Below are positions 36,360-48,287 of a stretch of DNA of 64,000 bases, piece after piece. A program made the translations under genes and the position numbers. Below the pieces are notes generated by a model that worked only from the letters and a program-made list of their open reading frames with translations, was not told the DNA's origin and did no database searches. Source of the DNA: Marsupella aquatica. Its lineage: Eukaryota > Plantae > Marchantiophyta. The stretch lies in the NCBI GenBank assembly GCA_973895155.1, contig OZ316891.1:840143-904142 (forward strand). The letters run 5' to 3'. Every line of letters begins with the position of its first letter. The stretch's first letter is position 1.

Positions 36360-36600
36360 GGGCGAGGGCTTAGGTTCACAGGGGCTTAGGGGGAGTGGGG
36401 TCGGGGGTTCATGAGGGTTTAGGGGGAGCGGAGGTTGGGGTTTAGGGGGAGCGGAGGGCTTAGAGGGAGAGGAGGGCTTAGGGGGAGCGGAGGATCATGG
36501 GGGGGCCGTTTGGCCACTTCCCGGGTCCTCAGCAAAGCCCGTTGCACCAAAACGGGCCTCGACGGGGAGGGGGGAGCAGCAGTTGGGCAGGGAGAAGCAG
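36360..36600 (+). repeat. G-rich ~18-21-bp repeats with TTAGGG/TTTAGGG cores
   Basis: ggg(t/c)ttagggggagcggag occurs about 4-5 times, among other G-runs. Confidence 0.7.
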
Positions 36601-38389
36601 TACTCAACAATGCAAAAATATGTGTTCAAAGCTTGTCAACTTGAAGCATCGGATGTAAATTCACTGAGTAATAGTAGTTCAAAAGCAGATTGCTTCAAGC
36701 TTGGCGGGGGCAAAGCAAAGAGAAGGGAAGGAGGTTGAAGAGAAGAAGCAGGGGAGCAGGGGAGCAGAGTGGTTGCAAAACAGTTTTCATAAGAGGAAAA
36801 GCTGACAGCGAATGTGGTGGAGGACATTGGGTATGTCCGAGGAGGATCGAGTATAGGACAAAGGAGGAGGAACGGAGAGAGTAAGGGAAAGAAATTGTTG
36901 GGGGGGAACGGGTAGAGAATGGATGCCTGAGTTGGGAGGTGGACAAGGAATTAGAGGTAGGGAAGAGGATGAGGAATTAGATATAGGGGAGAAGGCAAGG
37001 AATTTGATATGGGGATTAAGACGGGGAATTAGATACAGGGAGGAAGGGTTAATTAAGGGATTTGAAGAACTTTTTCTTTGATGGAGGGAAGCAACGGGGG
37101 CTTGTAAATGGCCGACATTCCTCCTCAACGACGAGGATGACAATTCCCGCTTGGATGAAAGGCATGTTGAGGCCACCACTCTTCTGCTTCTCCTATGTTT
37201 TGCCATATCTTTCCTCTTGCTTTATTAGGACTGCACAGTGTTAGTGCTCTCGACGTGAGGCGCACTGAGCTTTAGTAGTTTCTAATCTTGTTTCTATAAT
37301 CTTGGGCGTGTTGGACTTCAGGTTAGTTACTTTGTTGATGAAGGGCAATTTTCCCGTAACTAGGCAGGTGGCAGGAGATTGGACAAAACCAAGCTCTCAG
37401 GTATGCATGCAGGAATTTATGTTATAGGTTTCTCTGTTTTACGCAACCTTCACAAATTTAAGACATAGTGCATGCAGTGATATCTAACTTACATTTGCAA
37501 TTTTTGTCGGTAGCAGCAGGCTAAAAGAGATGGCTTTGAAAAGAGGATAACCGCCTAAGGTCCCAATGCAGCATATGACATGTTGAGGTTATTGCAAAGG
37601 AGTGCTTCTCAATTGGGCCCCTTTTACAGTCAACATAGCATCATTGTCAGAGGGAGTTTCAGCAGAACAAGGTAGGGAACAAGGTACTTTTGTACAAAGT
37701 ACTCCACGTCCTCTGAGCAACCAATGGTCTAGAATTTATCCTTTCAGATATGGAATCAGCAGGACAGAGAATGGAAGTCAAGGGCATACAAGACAAGCCG
37801 ATTGGAAAATAGAGAATGGAAATGTGAACATACCAAAAGAGGCACCTGCACATAGTACACAAGAGAATAACATAGATGAGGCTGAATCGACACCACTGAG
37901 GTGCCCTTTGCCATCTCGGGGGATTGAGTATCAAAAATCTTAGGAACCACGTGCGATCCAAAATAGGTTTTTTTGATAGAGATTAACTAAATTTTAAAAA
38001 ACATAGGAGGCAAAAGAAGGTATTATACATTTATGTTTATAGAATATTCTCTAATATATAGTTTTTATAAAACAAAATAGGTTATTTATATTGAAAAATG
38101 AAGAATATTTTTAGAACATTTTTTATAAAATAGGTCTATTTATATTAGGTTAGGATTGTATGTGGTACCTCAAAATATACACTTAGTTAACCCCTGAGTT
38201 TGCCATTCTTTATGTTTTTTTCCCCATTCTTTAAGTTTAGTTTGTTCCATGTATTTGTGATGTAATTGTAATTGCATTTGTGTGAATGCCTAGTTGGTGA
38301 ATGTATTTTGAATTGCGTGTGTTTTAAATTGTCATGCTTTTACACTGAGTATAATTTTGATTATATTAGCTCATTTATTTGTTCATTGA

Positions 38390-39375
38390 TAAGGGAAACA
38401 GTGGGATGGCCGTGACCAGTGCTTTTGACAGGTTACATTATGAGGCATTGAAGAACCAGGTGAAAGATTGCAAGGAGACATTGACAAACATGCACTGATA
38501 GAATTCAAACTTCAGTGTTGCATAAGATTGTCGAGCTACCACGACATTGTCGATGGGAATGTGTGTCTAACAGATGTTGTGAGTTCTATTTTGATTGGAA
38601 GTGACCAAACTTGTACTATGTATCCTTCCGAAGCTGATTTGGTTCCAAGAATTCTGCTTTCATTTGGTATTTCAATGGAGTAGAGAGAACAAGTCAAACA
38701 ATTCTTGACTGAGTGGGGCAAAGGTGACCAAGAAAGCTTGATGATCCGGGTGTACAACAACATCCAAGACAGGAGGGGAGCAGTCCTCAACGTAATCACT
38801 TCCTAAACCTTTGTAAAGTTTTTCAATACTAGTTGAAACATTCAAGTACTTCAATTAATTATTAGTTAGTTTTGAATGTGTAGTTAGCTACTTGTTATAA
38901 GTATTTTATTCTAACTGTTTTTTTGGCAGGTTCTTTGTGATGAGTTTTATAGTCATTTGGGGGCACCAAAACCTTGGAATGGTAACGATGAGAGGCTTGT
39001 TGAATGGAAGGAACAGTTGACAAGACTTAAGCAGACCCTAGAATGGAGAATAGATGTGGAAGGGGATTTTGTGGACCAGTGGGGTTCCATAGCAGTGCAT
39101 GATAGTATTTCTCAGACATTGAAAGTTATTTGATACAAAGTTGTTGCTCCGGTTAGCATCAGCCTTCAGCAGGCTGGATTCTTCTTCCACAATGAGTATT
39201 TTTAGTATGTTTTAAAGGTTTGATCTCTTGATCCAAATAGAATGGAATTGCATGTACTTAAGGACATTTGCTGGATTTTGCAATTGGCAATGGAAGGCAG
39301 CGTAATGGAGGCATCAAGAATGAGTTTTCATCACAAGAGCATGACCGACATGGAAGACAGAGTGAGACGATAATA
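38390..39375 (+). pseudogene. Spliced pseudogene of unknown family inside a repeat-rich block
   Basis: The frame ...LQGDIDKHALIEFKLQCC...SME*REQVKQFLTEWGKG...GAVLN ends at a GT (38792) and resumes in phase after ttttggcag at 38930 (VLCDEFYSHLGAPKPW...KVI*YKVVAP). Several in-frame stops. Confidence 0.5.
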
Positions 39376-40650
39376 CAGAGACATGAAACGTGTGATTGTG
39401 CTAGTTGATTGAGTCTACTAGCTAGATCTGATACCACTTACTACAACACTGTTTTCATTTTGATGTTGACCACCCAATATGGTGCTCACCTAGCTTGTGA
39501 CCCATCAGACCAGTCTACCATCATCATTCTACAGGGGACCCTAATTACAACTCTCCTATTTTTGTTGTGAATCCTGAAGAGTTAAGGTATCCTCTTTTTG
39601 TTGTAAACTTTTCGTTCAACTTTAATGTAGCTATCTTTGATTTCAATTGCCTCAAATTCTTTCATGCAAACATGGCTTTTGATTGCGTTCAACTTAATAA
39701 TGAACAGGAAGGGCTCCTGTAGTTTATCTGCTATAGTACTGGAGGCAAGATATAGCCATGTAAGTACTTCAAAATTAAATTTAATAAGCATGAAGGGCTC
39801 CTGCACTTTATCTGCTACACTAACATTGATTCTCAAACCAGCTGTTCTGTGGAGATTGGGTCAGAAATCTGTCATCCCCAAAATATGCTACCACCTAGTA
39901 CTAGGGGGTCAGTGACAAAATAGTGCCCAAATTCAACAGTGTCCTTGTAAAAACAATCAAATTTGAAAATTTGATCATTCCCCATCTCAAACCAAAATCT
40001 CCCCCCGGTAAAGTTTGCCCAAAATACAAGGACTAATATCAACTTGGCCTACAATATTTAATTTTATTCTTAAGAACCAAAGTGTAAAACACTGCACAGG
40101 GTGCCAACTAAAGGCTCAGACAATAAGGATGAATATCAACTTGGCCTACACATAGGCAATAGGGTGGCCACAAATGAATAAGTGAGGCAAGGATGTTTGA
40201 CACAATCCGCCCCATGTGGCCTGTGTTAGGGTGGGCAGGGCACATTGCGCAAGGGGAGGCAAACAGTCAGGGGGAGGAAACAGTCATGGAGGGGGATCTT
40301 AATTGGGAGGGAAAGGGAAGCTATAGGGTGAGGGGACAGGGTGCCTGGGAGGAAAGGGAGAGATGAGCATAGGGGCAGGGTGGGTTCGAGAGGAGAGGGG
40401 AGAAGAGGAGAAGAGACGAGGAAAACAATGTTTGGGCTTCGGGCTAGTTAACACCAAGTGTCTGATGGGAAACACCTTTGTAAGTTAGCATTGTCACAAC
40501 AAAACATAATGAACAATGAACAAAATGATTAATATCAATGGAAATATGCCCACTTTGAACTGACAAACATGTGATGTCCAATGCAACAAGTTGTTATTTG
40601 TTGGCTTGAAAAGCTAGGGGTCAATTGTCACATGTTCGCCTAAATATATT

Positions 40651-40806
40651 CCCCAGCCGGTTGGAACTGGCCAGGGTCGGGCCGGGGCTGGGGCCGTGGT
40701 GGGGTTGGGCTGGATGTGGGCCCGCCGAGACCGGGATGATTGGGGGTGACACATGTCAGATGTGGGGGTCCAGACCCCTCATTTGTCGCACAAGTCCAAA
40801 CCGGGG
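40651..40806. mobile_element. 156-bp GC-rich Mutator-type MITE
   Basis: Imperfect TIRs cccc(ag)ccggttggaact / agtccaaaccgggg. The 9-bp TSD reads aaatatatt (40642-40650) and aaatatgtt (40807-40815). It is a sharp GC island in AT-rich DNA. Confidence 0.7.
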
Positions 40807-43800
40807 AAATATGTTGCTTGAGATGAAAATGATTAGTTGATGACATGGTATTGAAAGGGCAATGAAACAACATAAAACTATTTCAGAGTCCAAGCTAAAC
40901 CAATAGTGATGTCACAATAATTCAACAATGAAATCACAATGATTTTACAATGTTGAGTCAGTGTCTATTCATGATATGTTTTTTCAGTGTGGAAACAACA
41001 TTGACAATTCATTGCATAATGAATGACACTATGGAATATTGAAGGCAATCACAATTAAATATCACTGAAATGAAACCTATTCAACAATTGAAACATGTTG
41101 ATTCAATGATGACACCACATCTATGTCAACTATGATCAATAGCTGATGATTCATTATACGACCACTAGATATTATTGTCAAGTTGTACAGATAGTGATAA
41201 TACAATGAAAATGTGATGAAAATCATTGTTTATTTTACAATGAGTACTTGCTTAAGCATTGGTGTATGAAAAGTGATGCCCATCAGCAATGAAAATGTGA
41301 TGAATCCATCCATGATGACACTACAATGATTAAACATAGAAAAAATCTGTGGTGAAAATACCTCATTCAATGCTGAAAATTTCAAGGATGAATCATCATT
41401 GAAGTACTTTGTGTAAAAATCAATATTTACTTATCCGTTGTGATGAAAACATCATGAAACCTCGCGGAATAGTATGGGTACCAATTTCTTGATGTATACT
41501 TTGGCTGCATTGCCCCCCTTTCCAGGAATGGATTAAGGGTGAACAAGGAGGTGAATGCAAAGACAACCTTAATTGGACGGGTACTTCATGCATTGCCGCC
41601 CCTTCCAAGAATGGAGAAGGGGTGAACATTGGGGCAACTGGAAAGACACCATTGTCCAACAGTTTGTTCCAACTTCCAAAAACAAGTGACTGGCTGAAAT
41701 CCTTTTGGCCAAAGTTTTGTGGGGCCTGAGGGTGTCTATCTACCACATTACCAACTATGGTAAGTCTGGCCCCAGAAAGGTACTTTGAACTTGGATATGA
41801 CTGTGATGAGTAGAGGTAGTGAGGTGGCTTTTAACCACTCTGGTCCTTCACCAGCTTTTTGGTAACACCTGCTGAAAGGAAATCATAAAATAGTGTACCC
41901 AGTACATGTTGTTTTCACGTGCTCTAGGTGTATTCGTTTTGAGTTTAATTCCCGTTTAATGAATAACTGGGGTACACAGAAAGGAATACTCCATAGAGGC
42001 AAAAGGTTGTTTTTGGAGACTTGTGGAGACACTCAAACCATAGTTTAATAAGATAGGAGAAAAGTACTTAGAGAAACTATAAATAGAGATGTTATTGGAG
42101 TATAAACTAATTGTATCTATTGGGGTAAGTTCTGCAAGTCCATCTAAGCACGTCATCAAGTCCATCCAGGGTTTTCTTTCAAAGTACATGCAGGAACTCA
42201 TGAATGTTATGCAAGTCTGTTCTTACCAGCATGCTGTGATTTTTTGAATTAGGGCAATGCATTTTGATTTAACCACAAATTTTGAGTTGAACCACAAAGT
42301 TTATGTGCAAATGATAAACAAGAATTTGTATGTATTGTTAACTGGCAAAGAAGAATTCAAAGTAGTAAGAAATGGTTGCAAAATGACTATCAAAGTTTCA
42401 ATATTTCAACTCATTAGTCTCCACAAAATTCCGAGTATTGCTCATCATACGTTTCCCTTTCTTTTATTTGTCCACACTCCAAAGATTAAGATAGTCTAAC
42501 TCACTCTAAATCAGATCTTAGTAGAATTGCCCTGTATTATTATATAGGACTTTCAGTAAAAATCAGTTTGATACCAATCAGCTTGATGCTGTGATGTCCA
42601 AAATGGATACTAACATGTCTCTTCCACGTTTCTAAAGTAGCAGTGTTGCAAGGAGGAAAACTGGCGCACTTCATTAACTTGAAAAGGTGGAATGGTAATT
42701 CGTCCGGGAGCAACAAACCTAGGAAACACGTGAGGTCGACCAGTGCCTTATCTAGCGACTGCAAATGAGAATATTTTGCTATCCAGAATTGTTTCTAGAA
42801 ACAACCATTTGTTGACACCTGATGCTTGGAACCTTCACACTAGGAAAGAAAAGAAAAAACACAAGCACATACACAGACTGTTGCCCATTGAATACACTAA
42901 TGTTCTTTTCTTTTTTCACACTAGTCTGGCCTGTCCAACAGCTAAGATCCATTTAAACTCTTCTATTCTGATGGGACAACCTCTCTTTTCTAAGCCTGGT
43001 TTGGTAGTAGTAATTGTATTCGTCCAATCACAAAATCATACCACTTCTTGTTATGTGCAATGTCTTGAACCGGCTTGTCAATGAAAAGTCCTACACGCTT
43101 TTCAAACATCCTGCAAACTCGCTTCATGGCTGGAAGCAAGGAAGGCTGCACTTCTTGGGGTCATTAGTTACACTAATTAATAAGTGCTGTCAATAGTAAA
43201 CTCTCACAGAATTGGGAGAAACAGTTGTACTCATTGTCTTGCTGTCCATAAAAAATTGACAGAACTGGAAGATCCGGTTGAACTTCTTGATACTGCTGTC
43301 AGTAGTACATGTCGAGAGAATTGGGAAATGAGGCTTTCATTTGCATTAGATTGTATTATGATCATCAGGCCTTCTGTTTACAGGCATCTCATCGCGCAGG
43401 AAATCCTTTAGTTAAACGACAGAAAAGCAGCTAAGTAAAAGGCCATGCAATGGAAAAGCTCACCCACTCCCACGAACCTGGAAAATTTGTTTTGCAGAAA
43501 TGCACCTGTACCTTTCGGATTCAAATGGTATGACCTAATCCATCAACTGAATGACAAACAAAACGTGAGAAAACAAATCCATTCTCGCAAACATATCAGC
43601 ACCCCGAGCTAAAACTCTTGAATGATAGGTACATCCTTTTTTGCCAATGATAGTGACTGACTTGCTTGAACCGCGATTTTGAAGGATCCGTTTAAATCCT
43701 TCACTATAGCACAAATCCCTGCACGAGACGAACCTGATGGACATGACCTGCCGAGGAGAAGTTAAAACACATGACCAGTTGCCGTCAGTGCTCAGTTTGC

Positions 43801-44351
43801 CGAGTAATTGCAATAAGGACATAGAAGACAGTTGGCACGTCAATGACAAATGACTTTCCTTTGTGCGAAGATAATAAATCTGTTCCACTTCAAAAGTAGT
43901 GACTTCGGAGTAGAGCCCCACACTTCTCAAAAACAAAACAGGCCCAATAGAAGCCAACTATAAAGGAGGACAACCAGGGTCCCCCCAAAGAAACTAAACT
44001 TGAACTCACTGGAAAGGTACTCTGCCTCGTGTAACAAAACATAGGAGAAATCATTCTCACTGTTGACATATACAAAGCCTGACACTAAATCTCCATAAAA
44101 CGAGACCTGACCTAAGATATCATCACCTGACAAGGAAAATCAACCATAGCTTCTATGGTGTACAGTGTTGAAGCAAAGTAATCCAAAGATAACAGTTGCA
44201 ATTTCTATTCACTACCACGTACAATGTCAGGAGGTGTTGAGAGCTCCATGAAACAATGGTAGATAAACTGGCATTATCTATTAAACACAAACTATTATTA
44301 TGCTAAAGGATTTGTGCTCTACAACAAAAAACTGTAAAACTAGTCACTGGT

Positions 44352-45568
44352 CTAGCAGTGAATAACATCATTCATGAAGTATGTTGCTATTAGAAACCAT
44401 GCTAGAAGTAGGGTTGAAAAGGCTGCCCAGCCTATAAAGAACGGCCAACCCGCTATCGAGAGACCAATGGCCATAACCACCAAAAATGGGCCAAACGATC
44501 TGACGATGGAACCATAACTCACCCACCGACCTTTCAAAAAGACCAAAACCCCAATATCAATAACATTCCACCGGATGGAACCATTATATGCCAGCCGGTT
44601 CATACAACTTGCTGCAAATGAGTGACAATTGCAGGTGAAGAGATTGTACGACTTGTGCTGATAGTTGTGTGTTCCCATGCGCAGGGCATCATCCCATGAT
44701 ATGCCTGTTCCCAAAGTAGCGTGAGCAGCACCATCCTCACATATATGGGCAGACGGGTGAGGTCGGAAACAACACTGCATCCAAAGTCACAGCACAAATT
44801 TCACTTTTCAGTATGTCCTCAGTATCGACCTAGAATGACATCTTCCGTATGACTGCCTGTCCTGATGATCAAAGAACTTCCTTCAAATACCTCTAGTATA
44901 TTAATCCTTGAGTTCACTAATTGAACCTTCTAGAAAACAAAGACTTACGAGAAATTGCAGGCTTTAAATGTTACAAATGTTTCACGGGTTAACAAAGGTT
45001 TATATTTGACTTGAAAAAGTGTCTACCCAGGTTTGCATAAATTTTCACAATCTTACATATAAATCAATTTTGAATATGTTCTACATACAATTCACATGGG
45101 CTTTTTGGGCTTGAAATGCCGATTTTAATGAAAGTGGAGACTTTTAGACTTAAGCAAAACTACTCGAGTTGATATACCTCCATAAATTCACATGATACAA
45201 ACAAGTCAGACCGCAGTACACAAGCCGGAATAGAAAACAAACGCTACATGATGAGAACATGAAGACGGTATACCCACCTTATCAGTATCTAGCCGTAAAT
45301 ATCTGGCAGTGGAGCCAAAAGCAAAGTTATCCACATTCACAAAGAATGGTCCAGCAAAATCAAGAATAACACCATCTTCACGGCAAATGCCTACATGACC
45401 CACAAACGGTGCAAGCCAGGCAACCACAGGTAGCGGAGTCCAAACTAGACAGTAGGGAAATCGCGCTTTTGCTGTGTCAATAGGAGGAGCGAACAAGTTT
45501 CTTTGTTTCGATTCGCTCCCATCGTTGGCAAGGGCTTGGAGCTCATTATCTGCCGCTGAAGGAAGCAT
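44352..45568 (-). CDS. RTE1: REVERSION-TO-ETHYLENE SENSITIVITY1 / RTE1-HOMOLOG family protein (TMEM222/DUF778)
   Basis: Exons 45568-45278 ([44 protein letters not shown]) and 44774-44352 (SWDDAL...[12 protein letters not shown]-terminal TM helices). Confidence 0.92.
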
Positions 45569-47293
45569 AACTCTCTTGGACCGAGGGCGGAAATCCCCCA
45601 GGTTTCTCTCTGTGTATCCGAGATCCACCAAGCCAACGGCTCTAGCGGGCTCCTGCTTCTGCCATCACGACACAACACAGGGAACACCATCAGCATGCCA
45701 TTTAATAAAGATCTGCTGGTTTTGTAGCCATCATAACTAATCCCGTATGGGCTCCACCGGCTGGTTAAAATGGTCGGCAACGACTATGGGTCAATTGCAA
45801 TGACCAAAGTCTATGGACCAGAAAAAGGTACAGTAGTTTTAGCTCTTCAAGTCAAATATGCTCAAGAAGGGTTGGGGTTATATTAATACGCAACAGAGGA
45901 CAAGGCTCCAAGCAACGGAGCAAACCAGGGAGCAAAATTGCAGTGACGATACAGGAAGAAGATACAAGATTCTTCATTCGGAGATATCAAGCATCAACAA
46001 CAATTATGGAAGGGTTTTTTACAATTCAACTCCTTGACATCTTTCCATCACCCGTTGTTGCTCTTGACTACATAACACATTTCCAGGTGCGCACTTCTCA
46101 CCATTCGAGGTCAGCTTAGCTCAACTCTTTGCGAGCTGCGAGGCTCTTCTGTGAGAGAGAGGACACGAGAAGACTATGCTAGCAGAGATTGCACTTGGCG
46201 AGTCTGAAAGTCCAAACAATCTAAAGCCAAGAATAAAGCAGCATTCTGGAAACGTGGATCCACATCAGCTAAGCGGAAAATTTACTCCAGCTAGTTCTAC
46301 CAGTGTAGTGTCACTACTTGAGCTTCTGTGATGCTCTACTTCCATAAACTGGCAGAGCAAAGCTCCAAACTGTGTTGCTCCATTCGATTTAAAGCAAAGA
46401 TCTGGGATGTATTCCATAACTACAGGCCCGGGGCCGAAAGGGGTGGCAGAAGGGGTGGATTGCTGACCCTGCAAGCAGCAATTCAAGTTTCTGCGAAATG
46501 GGATTTCCTGAGGTTCGCAAGCGACATGCAACACTAAGCCAACGAGCTCTACGAACAATGGCATAATTGCTGCCATTTGTCTTAGGTCTCTCTATCAATG
46601 AGTTGGAAATGTATTCAAAGCTGCAACAGTGAGGTGATCCTTGTGTTCAGCATCGATCATGGAGAGCATACCGAAACCTTGTTCTCCTTTGCAGAACCTT
46701 GGCTCTGAAGTTTCTTCTCCTTGTCGTTGACTGTATGCTCCCAGCCTCTCAGATCCTTCAGAAACTCATTAAACTCCTGGATAATTCCCGATGAAACGTA
46801 TAAATGCTTCTCCGATAAATTGAAAGTGAACAAGGCCATTCACCAAGGCACAAAATCACCAGCATTTGTGGATGTAATGCGAAATTGAGGAAGTTCTTGA
46901 ATTACAAAACTTAGACACGAAATTCTAAAATATCGGCGTTTGTTCGCCCTAAATTGACGAGAGTAAATACGCAATGCCTTGGTTCAGTTCGTAATTAAAC
47001 AGCAACGAAGTAGGCAGGAGAAGCAAGCAACTCCTAGTCTTTCTCATAAGCGAGAGAATTAATTCCGAAGTACGAAAGATTCCGAACTGACTAGTAAATG
47101 ACCAAACGGGGAGATTTCTCGAGACATGGTGGGATTTGCATTTCAACAGACAAGAAGAGCGGGACGGTACAAGATTGTTTTCGCGGATTTGCCTCTGCAC
47201 ATCCATAGACCTGATTCGGCGAAACTGTGAAAGAATCAGGCAAGGCCCCTCTCTCCACAAACTAAGCCAATCCACGAACACACTCTGCCGCAC

Positions 47294-47347
47294 AGTAGAA
47301 GTGGAAGTAGAAGTAGTAGTAGGAGTAGTAGTAGTAGCAGTAGTAGC
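47294..47347. repeat. (GTA)n-type microsatellite
   Basis: gtagaagtggaagtagaagtagtagtaggagtagtagtagtagcagtagtag. Confidence 0.85.
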
Positions 47348-48287
47348 CCTGCATCTCCACAGTCCACCGCGAAAGACACGGAAAGCGACCTGTATTCAAC
47401 AGCAGCAACGAACGAAACGCATTGGCCAATCTACAGTAGCCCAGAGCTCTTGTGCTCAAAAGAGAACCCAAAGCAAATTTCTCAGGATTCCACCATCGTC
47501 AGAACGCAAGCAGTTCCTGGGAAACAATATACACCCAGGCAGAAGCAAAAACACCCACAATACTCTGAGGAATACCGTTAATGCGCTCCTTCGGAGCGAG
47601 AGGGGCAACAGAGAGATCGAATTGACAGTCTTTGCTGTTCTCTCTCGGGAGCACAATCTCTGCCCACCTTTTCGCGGTCCGGTGTTAGACTCGGCAATGG
47701 CCTCGCCTCGCCTCGCCTGGACTGGACGCGGCTACTGTAGGGGAAGCCGTCACCCTGACGAACGTTCACTGCCGCTTCCGGCCGTCCTGGAGCCTGTGCT
47801 TACCATAGTAAGCGTACCCACCGTCCGTCTGGGCCTACTACAGTAGGACACATGGACCCAAAACTTTTCTGGGCTGATGAAACTCAGCGTCACAGCGAAA
47901 AGCCACTGTAAAGTATGCGAAAAGTTTCTGCCCAAAAATCACCTTTCTGGCCCCTTCTTTCGTAAAGGACCTTTTGTATGTACTTTAACAAGCCTTGGAA
48001 GAATTTTTGTATTCGACTTCGTGCTTTAGAGATCTGCGAGTTTTACTGCCCACCGGGAATTCTGCTGATAAGCGGCCTAAAAACCTTCCCAGTAAAGGTT
48101 CCATTCGAGGTAGAAAAAAAGAAGAGGTGGTCGAGCCGCATTTTGTGTAAAGATGTCTGAAAATTCCCCATGACTGTTGCATGTTCAGAATTCTCATCTC
48201 GGTACTGACGAGTCGTGCTTCCGTATGTCATGATATGAGTTGGAGCAGGAAGCTCACGTGGATTCCTAAGGCATCAAGACCATCATC

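Noticed and set aside
36787-37206. 139-aa minus-strand ORF
   Set aside because: It is a low-complexity Ser/Pro/Leu translation of purine-skewed repeat DNA.
35977-41895. CACTG...TAGTG as the termini of one CACTA element
   Set aside because: The adjacent bases are not complementary and there is no 3-bp TSD.
47136-47846. 236-aa plus-strand ORF
   Set aside because: It has a non-ATG start, runs through a (GTA)n microsatellite, shows no recognisable domain, and lies antisense to the probable RTE1 leader.
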